This document shows, piece after piece, positions 23,165 through 34,391 of a DNA stretch of 64,000 nucleotides (positions are counted from its first letter, which is position 1; every line of letters begins with the position of its first letter). The DNA is taken from assembly GCA_000091205.1 (NCBI GenBank), contig AP006499.2; one strand, 5' to 3'. A program made the translations under genes and the position numbers. The DNA is from Cyanidioschyzon merolae. Lineage: Eukaryota. The notes under the pieces were generated by a model, which was not told the DNA's origin, did not search any database, and worked only from the letters and a program-made list of their open reading frames with translations.

Positions 23165-23767
23165 TCGGTTTTGGGTAAGAAACACAGAGCAAGGCAAGTG
23201 AAGACGCCTATTCAGATTCTGGCATTCAGAATCCAGCTCGGATATCTATTATCTTCGAAGTGCGGCGCGCTTGAACATCCCGACCGGATGCTCTAATACT
23301 GAAATTTGCGAATGAATTTTTCGATGCCTCGAACGATGGTTCATGAAAGCGTTTTGGGCCAATCGTCCCGTATGTGCAACTGACAGAGCGTGGCGTGTTC
23401 ACAGGGCGGAGACAAAGCTATCATAACATGGAAGTTGAAGGAATCCACGTTCTGAGCGCAACGCTAGTAAACTTGACCGAGCAAGCCAGATAACCTTCGG
23501 TGACGGCGCTGAATATCTAAATGACGGCGAAGTTTGTTGGTCAAATCCGGTGACAAGGCTCAAAACACGTTCCGAGTCCAGACATACAAATCGAAGGAGC
23601 AAGGCTGTTTTACCGCATACATCTTCAGAACCAACTCACTGGGATACATATCCCCCGGTTTCTAGAATCATGCATCTTAGGCTGATGTCAATCGGACACA
23701 GCGATTTGGTAATCAATGCGGATGCGTTTGCATGAAAACGACGAAAAAGCATTCACCATCTCGGGGT

Positions 23768-26002
23768 TCAACTCGTCTGCTCCGGCTCGCGGTATCCATA
23801 CGCGACATCCTCGCGTTCGACGATACCGACTAGTTTCCCACGTTCGGTGACATATATCATTGAAGGCATCAGCATAACGAAAAGAAAATGAAGTTGTCGA
23901 ACGAGCGAGTAGCTCGTGACCACAATGGGCGAAACATCACAAGGGACGACAAGAGAGGAGGTTGGTTCCAAAACTGTCGCGGTCCGCTTGCCTTTGGATG
24001 AATGCTCGCCACTTGGCGTTTCATCGACAAGACCCTCGATATTCTCACTCAGATCCGCAGCGTCCAGAAGGACTAAGGTCCGGTGGCCGGCGATCGGCTC
24101 TGGAACATCTTCTAGTACGTGTTGCAGTCGATCCACAATTTCCTTCCGAGATATAGCGCCAAGAAGGTATCCGTTTGCGTCGATCACGGGAAAAACCAGT
24201 CTATTCGGAAACTTCTCAAGGATCCCCTTAATATGTTGTGGCTCTGAATCTGGAAAAAGATGAGGTTCTCCCTCTATCGGGTGCATGATTTCTCGAGCCG
24301 TCATCTCAGGGCTCCTATCTCTCCGCAAAATTGGCATATAGGGGAGGTGTTTCATCAGAACAAGCGTTTCGTACAGCGATCGATTGAAAGCGTTGCCCAC
24401 AATAACTGCCAGCAAAACCGAAATCAGAACAGGCACAAGGTGCCGAATCTGACCGGTTACCTCGAAGATGATTACTGCACACGAGAGCGCCCTAGTGACG
24501 CCTGCTGTGAAGGCGGCTGCCCCCACAACTGCATAGCTGCCGGGAACGATCGCATTCCCGAACACAACACGCATCAGCTCACCGTACAGCCGCCCGAAGC
24601 CGGCTCCGATGAGAAAGCTGGGCACAAAGACACCGGCGGGAAGTGGAAGACCGATGGACAAAGCAACCAAAATGAACTTAATTATAGGCATTAGTATCAG
24701 TTCTGTCCAGCCAAAATGATCCGTTTGGTACAGCGGCACAGCCTTGAACAGATCATTGATCGTGGCGCGTGGGTCCAACGCAAACAAGCGAAATGGATAC
24801 TGCAGCGCCGACGCAAAAAGCGCCACGACACCCACAAGAAAGTAGCGATTAGTGCCTGGATAGTGTCGCATTCGTAGTTCGTAGATGCTACGGACACAGC
24901 GGATGAATAATGCTCCAAGAACGCCCATGAGAGCCCCCAGAATGGCGTACAGCAAAGTTTGTGTTCGGCTCACATCGGAAGCGTCAAAGTTTGTACCCTC
25001 AAATGCCTCAACGAGTGGCGTCGTATAGAGCAGCTCGTAAACGATGGCACCGGATAGCGCACTCAGCACCCCCTTCCAAAAAGCTTGCACGAGATAGAAT
25101 GAAGCTATGGTTTCAATGGAATAGAGTACGCCTCCAAGAGGCGCACCAAACGAGGATGCAAGACCCACTGCGCATGCTGCCGCCAAAGTCTGCAGGCGCA
25201 GGGCCCGGTCTGTACAAAGCTCCTTGAAAACACCTAGCCGATAGAACTGATGAGCAATGATGCAGGCGATATGCACGTTGGGGCCCTCCCAGCCTACGGG
25301 CAGGCCACCACCGATCGCACATATGAGGCCCAGTGCTTTTGCAAAAAGAACTCGAAGTTCAAGAGCACTTCTCATTTTGTCATAGAACCCTGAAAGTATT
25401 GACTTCATCTGCGGGAGGCCGGACCCCTCCGCCTCGGTGCTTAGAACAGCGCACCAAAACGTCGACAGCAGGCACAACGCGACGCCGGATACTACGTACA
25501 GAATATAGCCGGCGAACCGTCCAGCGAGACGGCTGATCTTCATGCGCAGCTCCTCCAGTCCGTGCACCGCGAGATCCACAGCGAAAATAAACAGCGCCGC
25601 GGTCACTCCGAGCAGGGTTAAGAAACAGACGAGCCGCAGGAGGTACATCAGAGATCCCCTTGGCGTGCAGCTACCAAGCGCATTCCAACAACGGTATGCA
25701 TCTCGCGGTGAGACGGAGCCGTATGATCGCTCGTTGGCGTCAAAACCTGTGTCGTAGGGAGCCAGCCTCAGACCGCTCTCCGTTTCCTCGAGGGAGATTT
25801 GCTGACTCGATTCCGACGCTCTCGTTCCCACCGGGGTTGGATGGCGGGCGAGGTTGCCCATACTATCAAGAAGTCCATAGTCTACTTCAAGTGTCCCAGT
25901 TATTTTGGAGCTCATGAACGCTCGCTGAAGCGTTCTATGGATACGCGTCTGAAACTTGTTTTCGATGTCAACAATATGAATTGTTATTAAGGTAAACGTC
26001 AT
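23768..26002 (-). CDS. CLC: CLC-family voltage-gated chloride channel / Cl-/H+ antiporter with C-terminal CBS pair
   Basis: CLC selectivity motifs GSGLPQMK (GSGIP), GLPVGWEGPNVHI (GKEGP), GVFVPSFLIGAGFGRLYG (GxFxP). ~10-12 predicted TM helices. Two CBS-like domains at the C-terminus (...HPIEGEPHLFPDS..., ...SMIYVTERGKLVGIVERED...). Confidence 0.8.
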   Translation of the reverse strand: MTFTLITIHIVDIENKFQTRIHRTLQRAFMSSKITGTLEVDYGLLDSMGNLARHPTPVGTRASESSQQISLEETESGLRLAPYDTGFDANERSYGSVSPRDAYRCWNALGSCTPRGSLMYLLRLVCFLTLLGVTAALFIFAVDLAVHGLEELRMKISRLAGRFAGYILYVVSGVALCLLSTFWCAVLSTEAEGSGLPQMKSILSGFYDKMRSALELRVLFAKALGLICAIGGGLPVGWEGPNVHIACIIAHQFYRLGVFKELCTDRALRLQTLAAACAVGLASSFGAPLGGVLYSIETIASFYLVQAFWKGVLSALSGAIVYELLYTTPLVEAFEGTNFDASDVSRTQTLLYAILGALMGVLGALFIRCVRSIYELRMRHYPGTNRYFLVGVVALFASALQYPFRLFALDPRATINDLFKAVPLYQTDHFGWTELILMPIIKFILVALSIGLPLPAGVFVPSFLIGAGFGRLYGELMRVVFGNAIVPGSYAVVGAAAFTAGVTRALSCAVIIFEVTGQIRHLVPVLISVLLAVIVGNAFNRSLYETLVLMKHLPYMPILRRDRSPEMTAREIMHPIEGEPHLFPDSEPQHIKGILEKFPNRLVFPVIDANGYLLGAISRKEIVDRLQHVLEDVPEPIAGHRTLVLLDAADLSENIEGLVDETPSGEHSSKGKRTATVLEPTSSLVVPCDVSPIVVTSYSLVRQLHFLFVMLMPSMIYVTERGKLVGIVEREDVAYGYREPEQTS

Positions 26003-26037
26003 GTGGCCGGTTAGCGCAAGCGCGCTACAATAATCAT

Positions 26038-26880
26038 TTGAGTCTCGCAGTCTCTACAAGTTCGGTGTCAGCCTCTTGCCACTCTGGCCGTTTCTGCTTT
26101 AATTCTGTAGAACACTTTGTTCAAGCAAGAGGAATTCTCGTTCCCAGGAGCCAAAAAGCGCTGCTGAATATGGGTCAGGCTATGTCTAGGTGGTACGAAA
26201 CAACCCTCTTCGATGGGGCGATGGAACTCTTCGAGTCCAATACGCAACGGAAACTGCGCCAGAGACTCTTTCAGTACATGGATTGCGATGAGCCAACGAA
26301 TACTACGTCGGTGCTCGAAATAGGAGCTGGCGCAGGTTTGAATCTCCCACACTATCCGGTATGGGTCAAAGAGCTTCACGCTTCGAGTCTATCGCCCGAC
26401 TTACCACCAAAAGCTAAAAAACGAGCGAGGAAGAGGAACATCAAGGTATACTACAAACAAGGAAAGCCAATAGGTCTACCATATCCGGAAAACTCGTTCG
26501 ACTATGTCGTTGCTACGTTGATCCTTTGCTCTCTACCGGATCGCGAAGGTTTCGTGAAGGAGATCTATCGAGTACTCAAGCCAGGCGGAAAGTATTTGTT
26601 CATGGATCACGCTTGGCAAAGTGCGGAGGCTCAGACTCATCTGTCCCGCATGCTTGCCCCGCTACATCGTAGGCTAGCTCTCGGATGCAGCCTCAAAAGT
26701 GTCTGGGCTGACTCAGTTTTTACCTCTGCTGGTTTCAAACGAGAGGATCTTCATGTAGAAGAAGAGATACCGAAGGGGTTTTCATGGCTTGTAGGTAAAA
26801 TTTTTCTGGGCTATGCGACAAAGCGTCCGGAGGCTAGCGACTTTAAAATGGACGACCGGCATGGCCAGAGGGCGTGTTGA
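26038..26880 (+). CDS. Class I SAM-dependent methyltransferase, METTL7 (AAM-B)-like
   Basis: VLEIGAGAGLNLPHYP (motif I), DYVVATLILCSLPD, IYRVLKPGGKYLFMDH closely parallel the METTL7A/B blocks (LEvGcGTGaNF.fYP ... DvVVcTLVLCSV ... RVLrPGG.fyF.EH). Confidence 0.7.
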   Translation: MSLAVSTSSVSASCHSGRFCFNSVEHFVQARGILVPRSQKALLNMGQAMSRWYETTLFDGAMELFESNTQRKLRQRLFQYMDCDEPTNTTSVLEIGAGAGLNLPHYPVWVKELHASSLSPDLPPKAKKRARKRNIKVYYKQGKPIGLPYPENSFDYVVATLILCSLPDREGFVKEIYRVLKPGGKYLFMDHAWQSAEAQTHLSRMLAPLHRRLALGCSLKSVWADSVFTSAGFKREDLHVEEEIPKGFSWLVGKIFLGYATKRPEASDFKMDDRHGQRAC

Positions 26881-29530
26881 ATTTACTTGTGTCGATGTGT
26901 AGAACAGGTGAGCAGTCCAAAGAGCACACAGCATTGGATGGGTGCGATAGCCATATGGCTATGCTGATGAAGTCTGTGACGAGGTCCCTCTGCTTAATCG
27001 CTGAGAAACTTTTCTCGTCCGATACAGTGCCTTGCATGGGTTTCGGATGTTCGGCTTGAACGCTGTTTCCGTCAAAACGCCGCACGGGTGCAACCGCACG
27101 AAACCTCTCCCAGCCTTTAAACATCTAGGGAGCACCCCCTTTGGATTCTACGCTTCTACCAGCGAGCAAGCAAGAGAGATTTTTGCTGATGATTCAGAGG
27201 CCGTCAGAATAATTAGAAGGGTCTTCCTTAACGTTTACCCGAAAGGCTGTAGCACGCCAGCTCGACAGGAGTCTTCAAAAAAGCTCAAAGTGTTGACAGT
27301 ACGTGAGCGAAGAGCAACTGCACTCATGCAAACGTCTACCCCTACACCGCATGGAGACTTTCCAGTATGCGGGATTCTTGGATACAGCATCCTCCAAACC
27401 AGTGGGAAAATGAATTTTACTTAACGCGTCCTTGAGCCGCCGCCCGCGAGGGTGCTGTAAAGCTGCGCTGCCTCTGTACGACGTGCACAGACCCGCGCCT
27501 CGCACCCGAGAGAGCCCCCACTGGAGACTAGGCTGCTGGAGAGCCGCGTGCTCGATCAAGCCAATATTCCACAGGCGTTTCCATGACTAAAGCTGGCTGA
27601 GCGAGGAAATGCCCGTGGGTGAGGTGAATTCTCTGTTCTGAGCATTGAGAGTACGTCCACATCAGTGGAAACTTTTAGAAGCTTTCATCTAAATGAAATA
27701 ATTAGTGCATTTACCTCATCGGGCTGTGCCCGACTCATGAAATGACTAAGCGTTTGAACTAGACTGTCTCATTTCCGCACCAATGAAATGGCGCTTTTTT
27801 CCCGCGGAGCTGTTTGTTCACTTACGTTGTAGCTGTATATCAACGAATCCAATCATCACTATCCAAAAGCTGAGTTGCAGTTGGATGCTGAGGAAGAAAT
27901 CACTGTAGCAATCGAGGCCTCCGTAAGTTAGACCGACCCCACCCGTGTGTCAGAATAAAACGGAACGTCGCACTGCTCGCTTTTCCCATGCCTTTCTAAT
28001 TTTAGCCCAATCATTTCTTAGATGCGCATCCTCCGCACTCAAACTAAAATAATAAAAGTTTACAGGTTCACTCGTGGTTTTTTTGGATTCTCGTTCGTTT
28101 TTCCGTGGTAGCTTGTTCGACTCTTTGTTGCTGGAATGCGTTTCTTTGTCGAAATCATAATGATTCACGACGCCATTGAACAAGGATTCGTAAAGTACCC
28201 GATTATATTATCCAGTTGATACGTCCAAGATTCCATTTTTCTCCTTTCTTTGCGTCTAGTACGATGAAACAGCGCATTCTTCAAGTGTTTGACCTTTCTG
28301 CTTCAAGACAGCTGGAGCGCGTAGCAACTTGCACCGCTGGATTGACGACGACGAAGAAAATTCGACATCGTCCCTTGAATAGCGTTTCGTAAACGCACGC
28401 CAAACGCTCACTGAACCAATCACAGCAAGTAATCGATGCGGTTCGAAAAGCAAGTCCTTCCCTCTTGATCGCCATCGACGAAACGGGATTCCGCCGCAAT
28501 TATAAGCTATCTCTCACGGGACCCGCTCCCAGAGGCACCCATCTCATTTTCCGCGCGGAAAAGGTTCTTGGACTAGAACTAGAGTCGTCGCTGCGATCGC
28601 TTCCACTCGGGATTCCGTCACCGCTTTGAGCCTGGGGGCGTACACGGATCGAGATCTCTCGAGCGCTTTCACAACCTGGAGCTTCCTTCTGGTACTTGTT
28701 TCAGCATGGTCAACATAGCGTTCCGTGAATCCTCTATCGAATAGAACAGCGAGCACTCGGGCGCGCAGCAGACATAGTACTCGCCAAGTAGTCACCCAGC
28801 TCAAGCACGTCATCGTAGAGTTCGCCGTCGGACCCGGAAACGGAGGAGCGAACGGACAGGACCCTTTTCTGGCTGTCAAATTGGCATGTGCCGAACGATG
28901 AAGAAAGGGTTCATGATCTGCAGGGCGACCCTTTGAGGAACAGTTTTCGGGTATATAGGGGAACACTTGACCACAATCAGATGTCATCGCCGCGATGAGC
29001 GCACCGCGACTTTACGCGAGGAAGACGCAAATGGCAAGCAAAGCGTAGATCGCATCTCCCTTTCGAGCATTAGATGCGTGAGCAGCAGCCGGAAGCAGTG
29101 AAATGGTGGCTTTGACACTGCCATCAACATACTTCTACTTCTGAAAACGGAGCTAGAGGGACAAGAGAATTCTGCGTTGCTACAGGCGCATATGAGAGAG
29201 ACAAGGGAAGTAGTCAAACATCATGCCCGCCAAGACTGGTATTGACGAAAGTGAGAAGCGACCCAAAGCCTAGTCTTTTCTCCCGAGTTAGAGGGTCGGT
29301 CCTCGTTTGTTCAGAAATGAGTGTAGATCTGCCTCCACGTTGGGGGCCTATTAATGAAATGATTCATAATCCGCGTCCTCCTGCTGGCAAACCTGCTCTT
29401 TCTACTTATGGTCTATCACCTCAATTTAGTTCCAATCTCAGGTGAGCGTCATCGAATGCTTTTTCGCAGTTTTCAGCAGGAGCATTGGAGTGCATTCATT
29501 TTGAAGAAATGAATAATCCAAGGTGAAGCT

Positions 29531-31800
29531 ATGGATATGCAGGACAGAGATCCTGTTCACCAAGTGTCGCCGGCTGCCAGAGAAAAGCAAAAAGCAGTGT
29601 CTAGTCCAGAGGAAAAGGAGAGGACAAGAAAGAAACGGCAGGTGGCCCGAAGTCAATGGCCGCAAGAAAGACGAATGTACGACGATACGGTGGTGATAGC
29701 CTGTCTTTTCGGACATATCACGGATACGTACGAGGAAAAATTGCGAGACGCCATCAGAAACCGTGTCGATTCGTACTCCATGAGTACTAGAAAGGCGTCG
29801 TCAGGGCTAATGCATTTGGTGATGAAGATGAACGAAAACGTGACGCACATGGAAACAGTCGCGGTTCCGGACGAGTTTTTCGACAAGACCTTTATTCGTA
29901 ACCTAATGCTTGGCACAGGCGAAACACGGAGAGAAAATAGCGGGTTCACGCCCTCCACGAAAATTATGCCGAACTCCGCTTCGAGGGTACTCGAAACAGG
30001 GGTGACCAGGATATTTACGCATGCGGAGCGATGAAGTATCTCACGAACCTGAAGAACCATTTGACGATGAACCTCGAACGTTCCATGATACGCGCCGTGG
30101 TTGCACTCTACTCGGGCCTGTCTCGCAAAGGACTGCGGGCGATTATCAATGGCATCACGAAGGATCGCAAGCATGAAGATGAGATCGAATTCGTCGACAA
30201 GAAGACGTCACGCAGGAGCACAAATGAAGCGTCTGTAATCCAAGGGGTTATAAAAGAGCGCCGTACAGTGTTGGGGCTGGCGAATCCAGTAGAAGAGGTA
30301 TCAGATATGAAAAAAATGAAGAGAGACACTATCGCCTCGTCCTGCGATATTTCGTGTTTTTGGACCAAGAGGTCGAACGCAAGAAGGAGATGAAGCTGAG
30401 TGAGCAAAAAATGAAGATTGGGAGAGACGGAAGGCTGCCCTGACGGGGAAGCGCTTCAACGTCGATCCGATATGTAACGTCAAGTCATACTTTGTGGGTA
30501 TCGATTCAAGAGTCCTCCATGGAATCATGAAGGAGATCAGTCCGGAGTTCAATGTAAGGAAGATAGAGTTCACTGGTGAAACAAGTGAGACGTACTGGAA
30601 AAACATCTTCGATATCAAACATCTCAAAACGAGCAAGCAAAAGGTATTTACTGGGATGATTGAAACCGATGGAGTAGCCTCGTGTGTGCACTATCGGCGG
30701 TTGAAGAAAGATCGGCCAGTCCCTTCGTCGGCTGCGCCCGTTACGAAGGATGAAGAAAACAATGAGGAGGATCCTGCGATGCAGGAGGTGCAGGATAACG
30801 ACCTTGTCTTTGACATGACGAAGGATGAAGAAAAGAAGAAGGCGGATCCTGCGATGCAGAAAACGCAGGATAACGACTTTGCCGTCGGCGTGGACCCTGC
30901 GAATACGAATGTCATAAGTATCGCAGTACCTAAGCGTGCGGAAAACGGTACTGACGGTAATTTACGTCAGAAAGACATGCGTCTGTTGAGATTCTCGAGA
31001 GCGAGATTCTATTGGGAATCGGGAATAATGAATGCGAGGAAGAAAATCGACACTTAGAATGCAGGAATGAATAATCACCTGGAAGCTTTGAGCGAGGTGA
31101 CTAGCCGAGGAGCGTACTATGAAGCCTTTCGGAAATTCATGGAAGTTCGTGTTGCCCACTGGGATGCGCTGTGGGAAGAGTATACTAAGCCCCGGTGGGC
31201 TCTTTTGCGAATGAATCTATACGGTGAGAGGCAGCGGGCGTTCGCGAATCTTTTCAATCAGTTGAGCGCCCTCAAAGAGGATCAAAGTCAGAGGCTGGTA
31301 GTGGCATACGGAGCACGGCGATGGAAGACCAAAAAAGGGTATACGCCAGCTCCAACGACAAGAACGTACAAGGATTCCGCAAGGCGTTTCGTCACGATAC
31401 CTCTAGATGAGTTTCGAACATTGCATACACACCATGAACTGGGGTGTACATTTCAGAGAGTGGAGATAGAAAAGTGCCAGAGGAGCCCTGAGGATATAAA
31501 AAAGTATGGACCGCTGACGGAAGAGCAAATGGAAAGGATTTCGAAAGTTCGTGGACTACTTGCATTAGTAAGTAAAACCAGTGATGGTAAGAAACGTATG
31601 GAGTATGTGAACCGAGATTTTAATGCCGCTATCAATATTAGGGAATGTGCGGTGCTGGAGAATAGGCCTCCAAAGTAGACAAGAGAGAACTTTATTGGAC
31701 AACCTCTCAAAGTGGAACTATATGAGAGAAAGTTGGAAGCAGTGGTGGATGCCCGGTCCGAAAAGACGGGGAGGCGTCTGCACGTCAGCTGGAGAGGATT
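29531..31800 (+). mobile_element. Near-full-length TnpB/Fanzor-like RuvC-nuclease gene (OMEGA-type), disrupted. ORF pieces are 29531..30034, 30031..30393, 30494..31057 and 31067..31678; likely a pseudogene, or a gene with short introns.
   Basis: RuvC-I-like ...FAVGVDPANTNVISIAV... Then ...GYTPAPTTRTYKDSARRFVTIPLDEFRTLHTHHELGCTFQRVEIEKCQ... (the TnpB 'DPAYTSQxCxxCG' region with a zinc finger). RuvC-III ...RMEYVNRDFNAAINIRECAVL... An in-frame TAG at 31055-31057 separates the last two pieces in the same frame. Protein-level similarity to copy 4 continues past the stop at 31676-31678 (TRENFIGQPLKVELYERKL vs TRVNFVGQPLRIELYNDKL). Confidence 0.55.
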
Positions 31801-31836
31801 TGTCTAAGGCGCGCTGATCGCCACTACTGTCCACCG

Positions 31837-31870
31837 CCGGCGAGCACGCGCTCGTGCGCGTGCTCGCCGG
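31837..31870. repeat. Perfect GC-rich palindrome / hairpin (15-bp stem, 4-nt loop)
   Basis: ccggcgagcacgcgc-tcgt-gcgcgtgctcgccgg. The two arms are exact reverse complements. It lies ~40 nt past the conserved 3' segment of the Fanzor-like copy and ~90 nt upstream of the PPR ORF. Confidence 0.8.
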
Positions 31871-31958
31871 ATGCCGCTCCGCGACATGAAATCCGCCACC
31901 AACCCCCTTTTCGGTTTATTGCTGAGGTGGTGGGAGTGTATTGCTCGTTTGAAAAACC

Positions 31959-34391
31959 GTGAATTCGGGAAAGATGCGGGAATCAAAAATTTGCAAGCCA
32001 CGTGCGGTCTGCTTTCTGACGCCCTCAACAGCGTCGGCCACGCCAGCTAGAGGAAAGCCGACTCGAACTGCGCAATGTGAGACGCGCCCACAGCAGGACC
32101 TTGGGACGACAGAGTTCGCGGATGAGCAGGAGATCTCGGTAGGAGGCTTGGTTGACTCAACGTCTTCACGTGCGCAGCGGACCTGTGACTCATCAGGAGC
32201 GGTGTGTATTGAGCCCGTTTCAGAGTTCAGCGAGAGGCTTGTCGTGTCCACTGAAACGAACCCGCGTACCGAAGGTAACTGGTATTTTGAGCTTCCCTGG
32301 CCAGATGGAGGACTTTGCTCCCAAGACCAGGGAGGCGCTTGTAGAAAAGCTCCAGATGTTCGTCTTCCGCGAGGCGCCGCCCAGGGTGGGGCAGCTGCTA
32401 CGAGTGTACTGCTGAAGCACTCGGCTAGTCTTTCACGAGACTCGAGTTCTGCGAGGCGCCAGACGAAACCGGGCCCGTCCCAGACGGTTGCGTCTTTTCT
32501 TTTTAGCGCTCAAAAAGTGGTTGACGCTCCCCGGAATTTCTTCGTATCAAGCTGCGGATATGTTGCGAACGAGCCTGATTCAGCGAAAAATCTCTCAAAT
32601 TGCTGGCAGGTACCTCTCGAAGGTGCCTCAGACAAGCCTGCGGTCTGGAGGCAAGACGTTCAGGAAACTTCTCATGGTTATGAGTATTCTCTTGCGACAG
32701 AGCGTGTTGCGTTTGAAACTGCATCCGATGTGCTTGCCGATGAGGAGCAGAAATTATTCAACCAACAAGAATCGAGCCATCCTACAGTGCGGGACAACAT
32801 GTCGCCATCCTTCTCCACAAGCGGGGACTCTACGAACGAGGATCCTGAAAGGAACGAAATTACTCGTTTCACGCCACCAAGAGCTCCAGCTTCGAAGACA
32901 TCGTATGAGCGCAGACTTGCTGAGAGCAGGAATCTGTTCCCCGTTTCAAATCTGAATGTTGCAGATGCAGACCTCAGATCTCCGTTACATAGAAGCGCTT
33001 CACAACATCGGAGCGATGGAAGCCTAGCACCTCAAGTAAGAGAAATCAGATCTACACGACAGCTGAATAAGATACTCAGCGCACTATACAAATCAGGTCG
33101 GGCAGCGGATGCACTCAGTTTGTGTAGAATTGTGGAGAGAGAGGGACATATTGAGATAGATGTAGCATCCTACTCTATCCTTATCTCGTGTCTTGGGAAA
33201 TGCGGCGCGTCGGCACAAGCAATCGAAATGTTTCACAAAATGATAAGAAATGGCGTAGCGCCCAATGCATTCACGTTTTCAGCGCTCTTCGGAGCGTTGA
33301 CTGACGGTGCCTTCTTCGATCAGGCAATGCGGCTCTTTCAGATGATCAGAGCAAGCTATCCCAATGAGCTTAATGTCGTAGTATACAATGCCGTTCTGAA
33401 ATACGTGGGCCGGGCGGGCAGAATCGACGCAGCGTTGGATCTACTGGGGCAGATGGAACAAAACCGGAACGTGCAACCAGACATCGTAACATACGGGACA
33501 ATACTCGATATTTGCGCAAAGAAGCAAGACGTCTCGCTGGCGTATGCGGTTCTCGATCGGATGCGAAAACGTGGCATGCGACCGAACAACTTCTGTTACG
33601 CGTCTCTCATTGACGCATGTGCACGTGCGGGTCTCCCGGACCAGGCCGAGTCTCTGTTCCGGCAACTACGAGCCGAAGGCCTGGAGTACGACTTGTTTAT
33701 CTGCAATGCCCTGCTTGGCGCTTTCGCCCGGGCAAAAATGGTGGAGCGAGCTTTTCAGGCCTTCGAGGAAATGCGCAGCGCGGGCGTGCGAGGAGATCGC
33801 ATCACCTTTAACACCTTGATCACCGCAGCGGCGCGTGCACGCGAGTTCGACAAAGCCTGGAAAGCTTTCGAGACGATGAAAAAGTCGAACATTTCTGCAG
33901 ACGCAACGACATACAATGCTCTGATTGATGCCTGTAGCAAGAGCGGCATGACTGAGCTGGCGTTTGCGCTTTTCAACGAAATGCGCCAAGCTCATCTGCA
34001 GCCGACGATCTTTACCTTCAATGCTCTCATTGGAGCATGCACGAAATTACAGGATATGCGCAGAGCCACGCAGGTTTTAATGCTCATGCATGGCTTTGGT
34101 GTGTATCCGGATACATTTACACTGAACATTCTTTTAACAGCATGTGCGCGGAACGAAGACTTTGACTATGCGATAAGTTTGGTTCGGGAGTTCGAAACGA
34201 ATTATCGCGTTCGCCTGGATCGCCTCGGTTCTAGCATTGTAACAAACCTTTGCATCAAAGCGTGCGACTCTCAATCAAGGGACCGTTGCTTGAGGCTTCT
34301 TGAGGCTGCAGTACTCGAAGGCTACGAAACATTACGAGAGGTTCGAGATCGAGCTCGTAGCGCTTTCGCAAACCCAATGACTGGCTCATGA
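31959..34391 (+). CDS. Pentatricopeptide-repeat (PPR) protein with a long low-complexity N-terminal extension (organelle RNA metabolism)
   Basis: From ~aa 360 onward there are >10 tandem 35-aa PPR motifs (e.g. VASYSILISCLGKCGASAQAIEMFHKMIRNGVAPNAFTFSALFGAL...; ITFNTLITAAARAREFDKAWKAFETMKK...; TTYNALIDACSKSGMTELAFALFNEMRQAHLQP...). The true start may be downstream of the first ATG. Confidence 0.75.
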   Translation: MNSGKMRESKICKPRAVCFLTPSTASATPARGKPTRTAQCETRPQQDLGTTEFADEQEISVGGLVDSTSSRAQRTCDSSGAVCIEPVSEFSERLVVSTETNPRTEGNWYFELPWPDGGLCSQDQGGACRKAPDVRLPRGAAQGGAAATSVLLKHSASLSRDSSSARRQTKPGPSQTVASFLFSAQKVVDAPRNFFVSSCGYVANEPDSAKNLSNCWQVPLEGASDKPAVWRQDVQETSHGYEYSLATERVAFETASDVLADEEQKLFNQQESSHPTVRDNMSPSFSTSGDSTNEDPERNEITRFTPPRAPASKTSYERRLAESRNLFPVSNLNVADADLRSPLHRSASQHRSDGSLAPQVREIRSTRQLNKILSALYKSGRAADALSLCRIVEREGHIEIDVASYSILISCLGKCGASAQAIEMFHKMIRNGVAPNAFTFSALFGALTDGAFFDQAMRLFQMIRASYPNELNVVVYNAVLKYVGRAGRIDAALDLLGQMEQNRNVQPDIVTYGTILDICAKKQDVSLAYAVLDRMRKRGMRPNNFCYASLIDACARAGLPDQAESLFRQLRAEGLEYDLFICNALLGAFARAKMVERAFQAFEEMRSAGVRGDRITFNTLITAAARAREFDKAWKAFETMKKSNISADATTYNALIDACSKSGMTELAFALFNEMRQAHLQPTIFTFNALIGACTKLQDMRRATQVLMLMHGFGVYPDTFTLNILLTACARNEDFDYAISLVREFETNYRVRLDRLGSSIVTNLCIKACDSQSRDRCLRLLEAAVLEGYETLREVRDRARSAFANPMTGS

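Noticed and set aside
28544-28987. 147-aa ORF and neighbouring 60-170-aa ORFs in the 27.4-29.5 kb interval
   Set aside because: No recognisable domains or composition signal, so they could be UTR or intergenic. Left unannotated rather than guessed.
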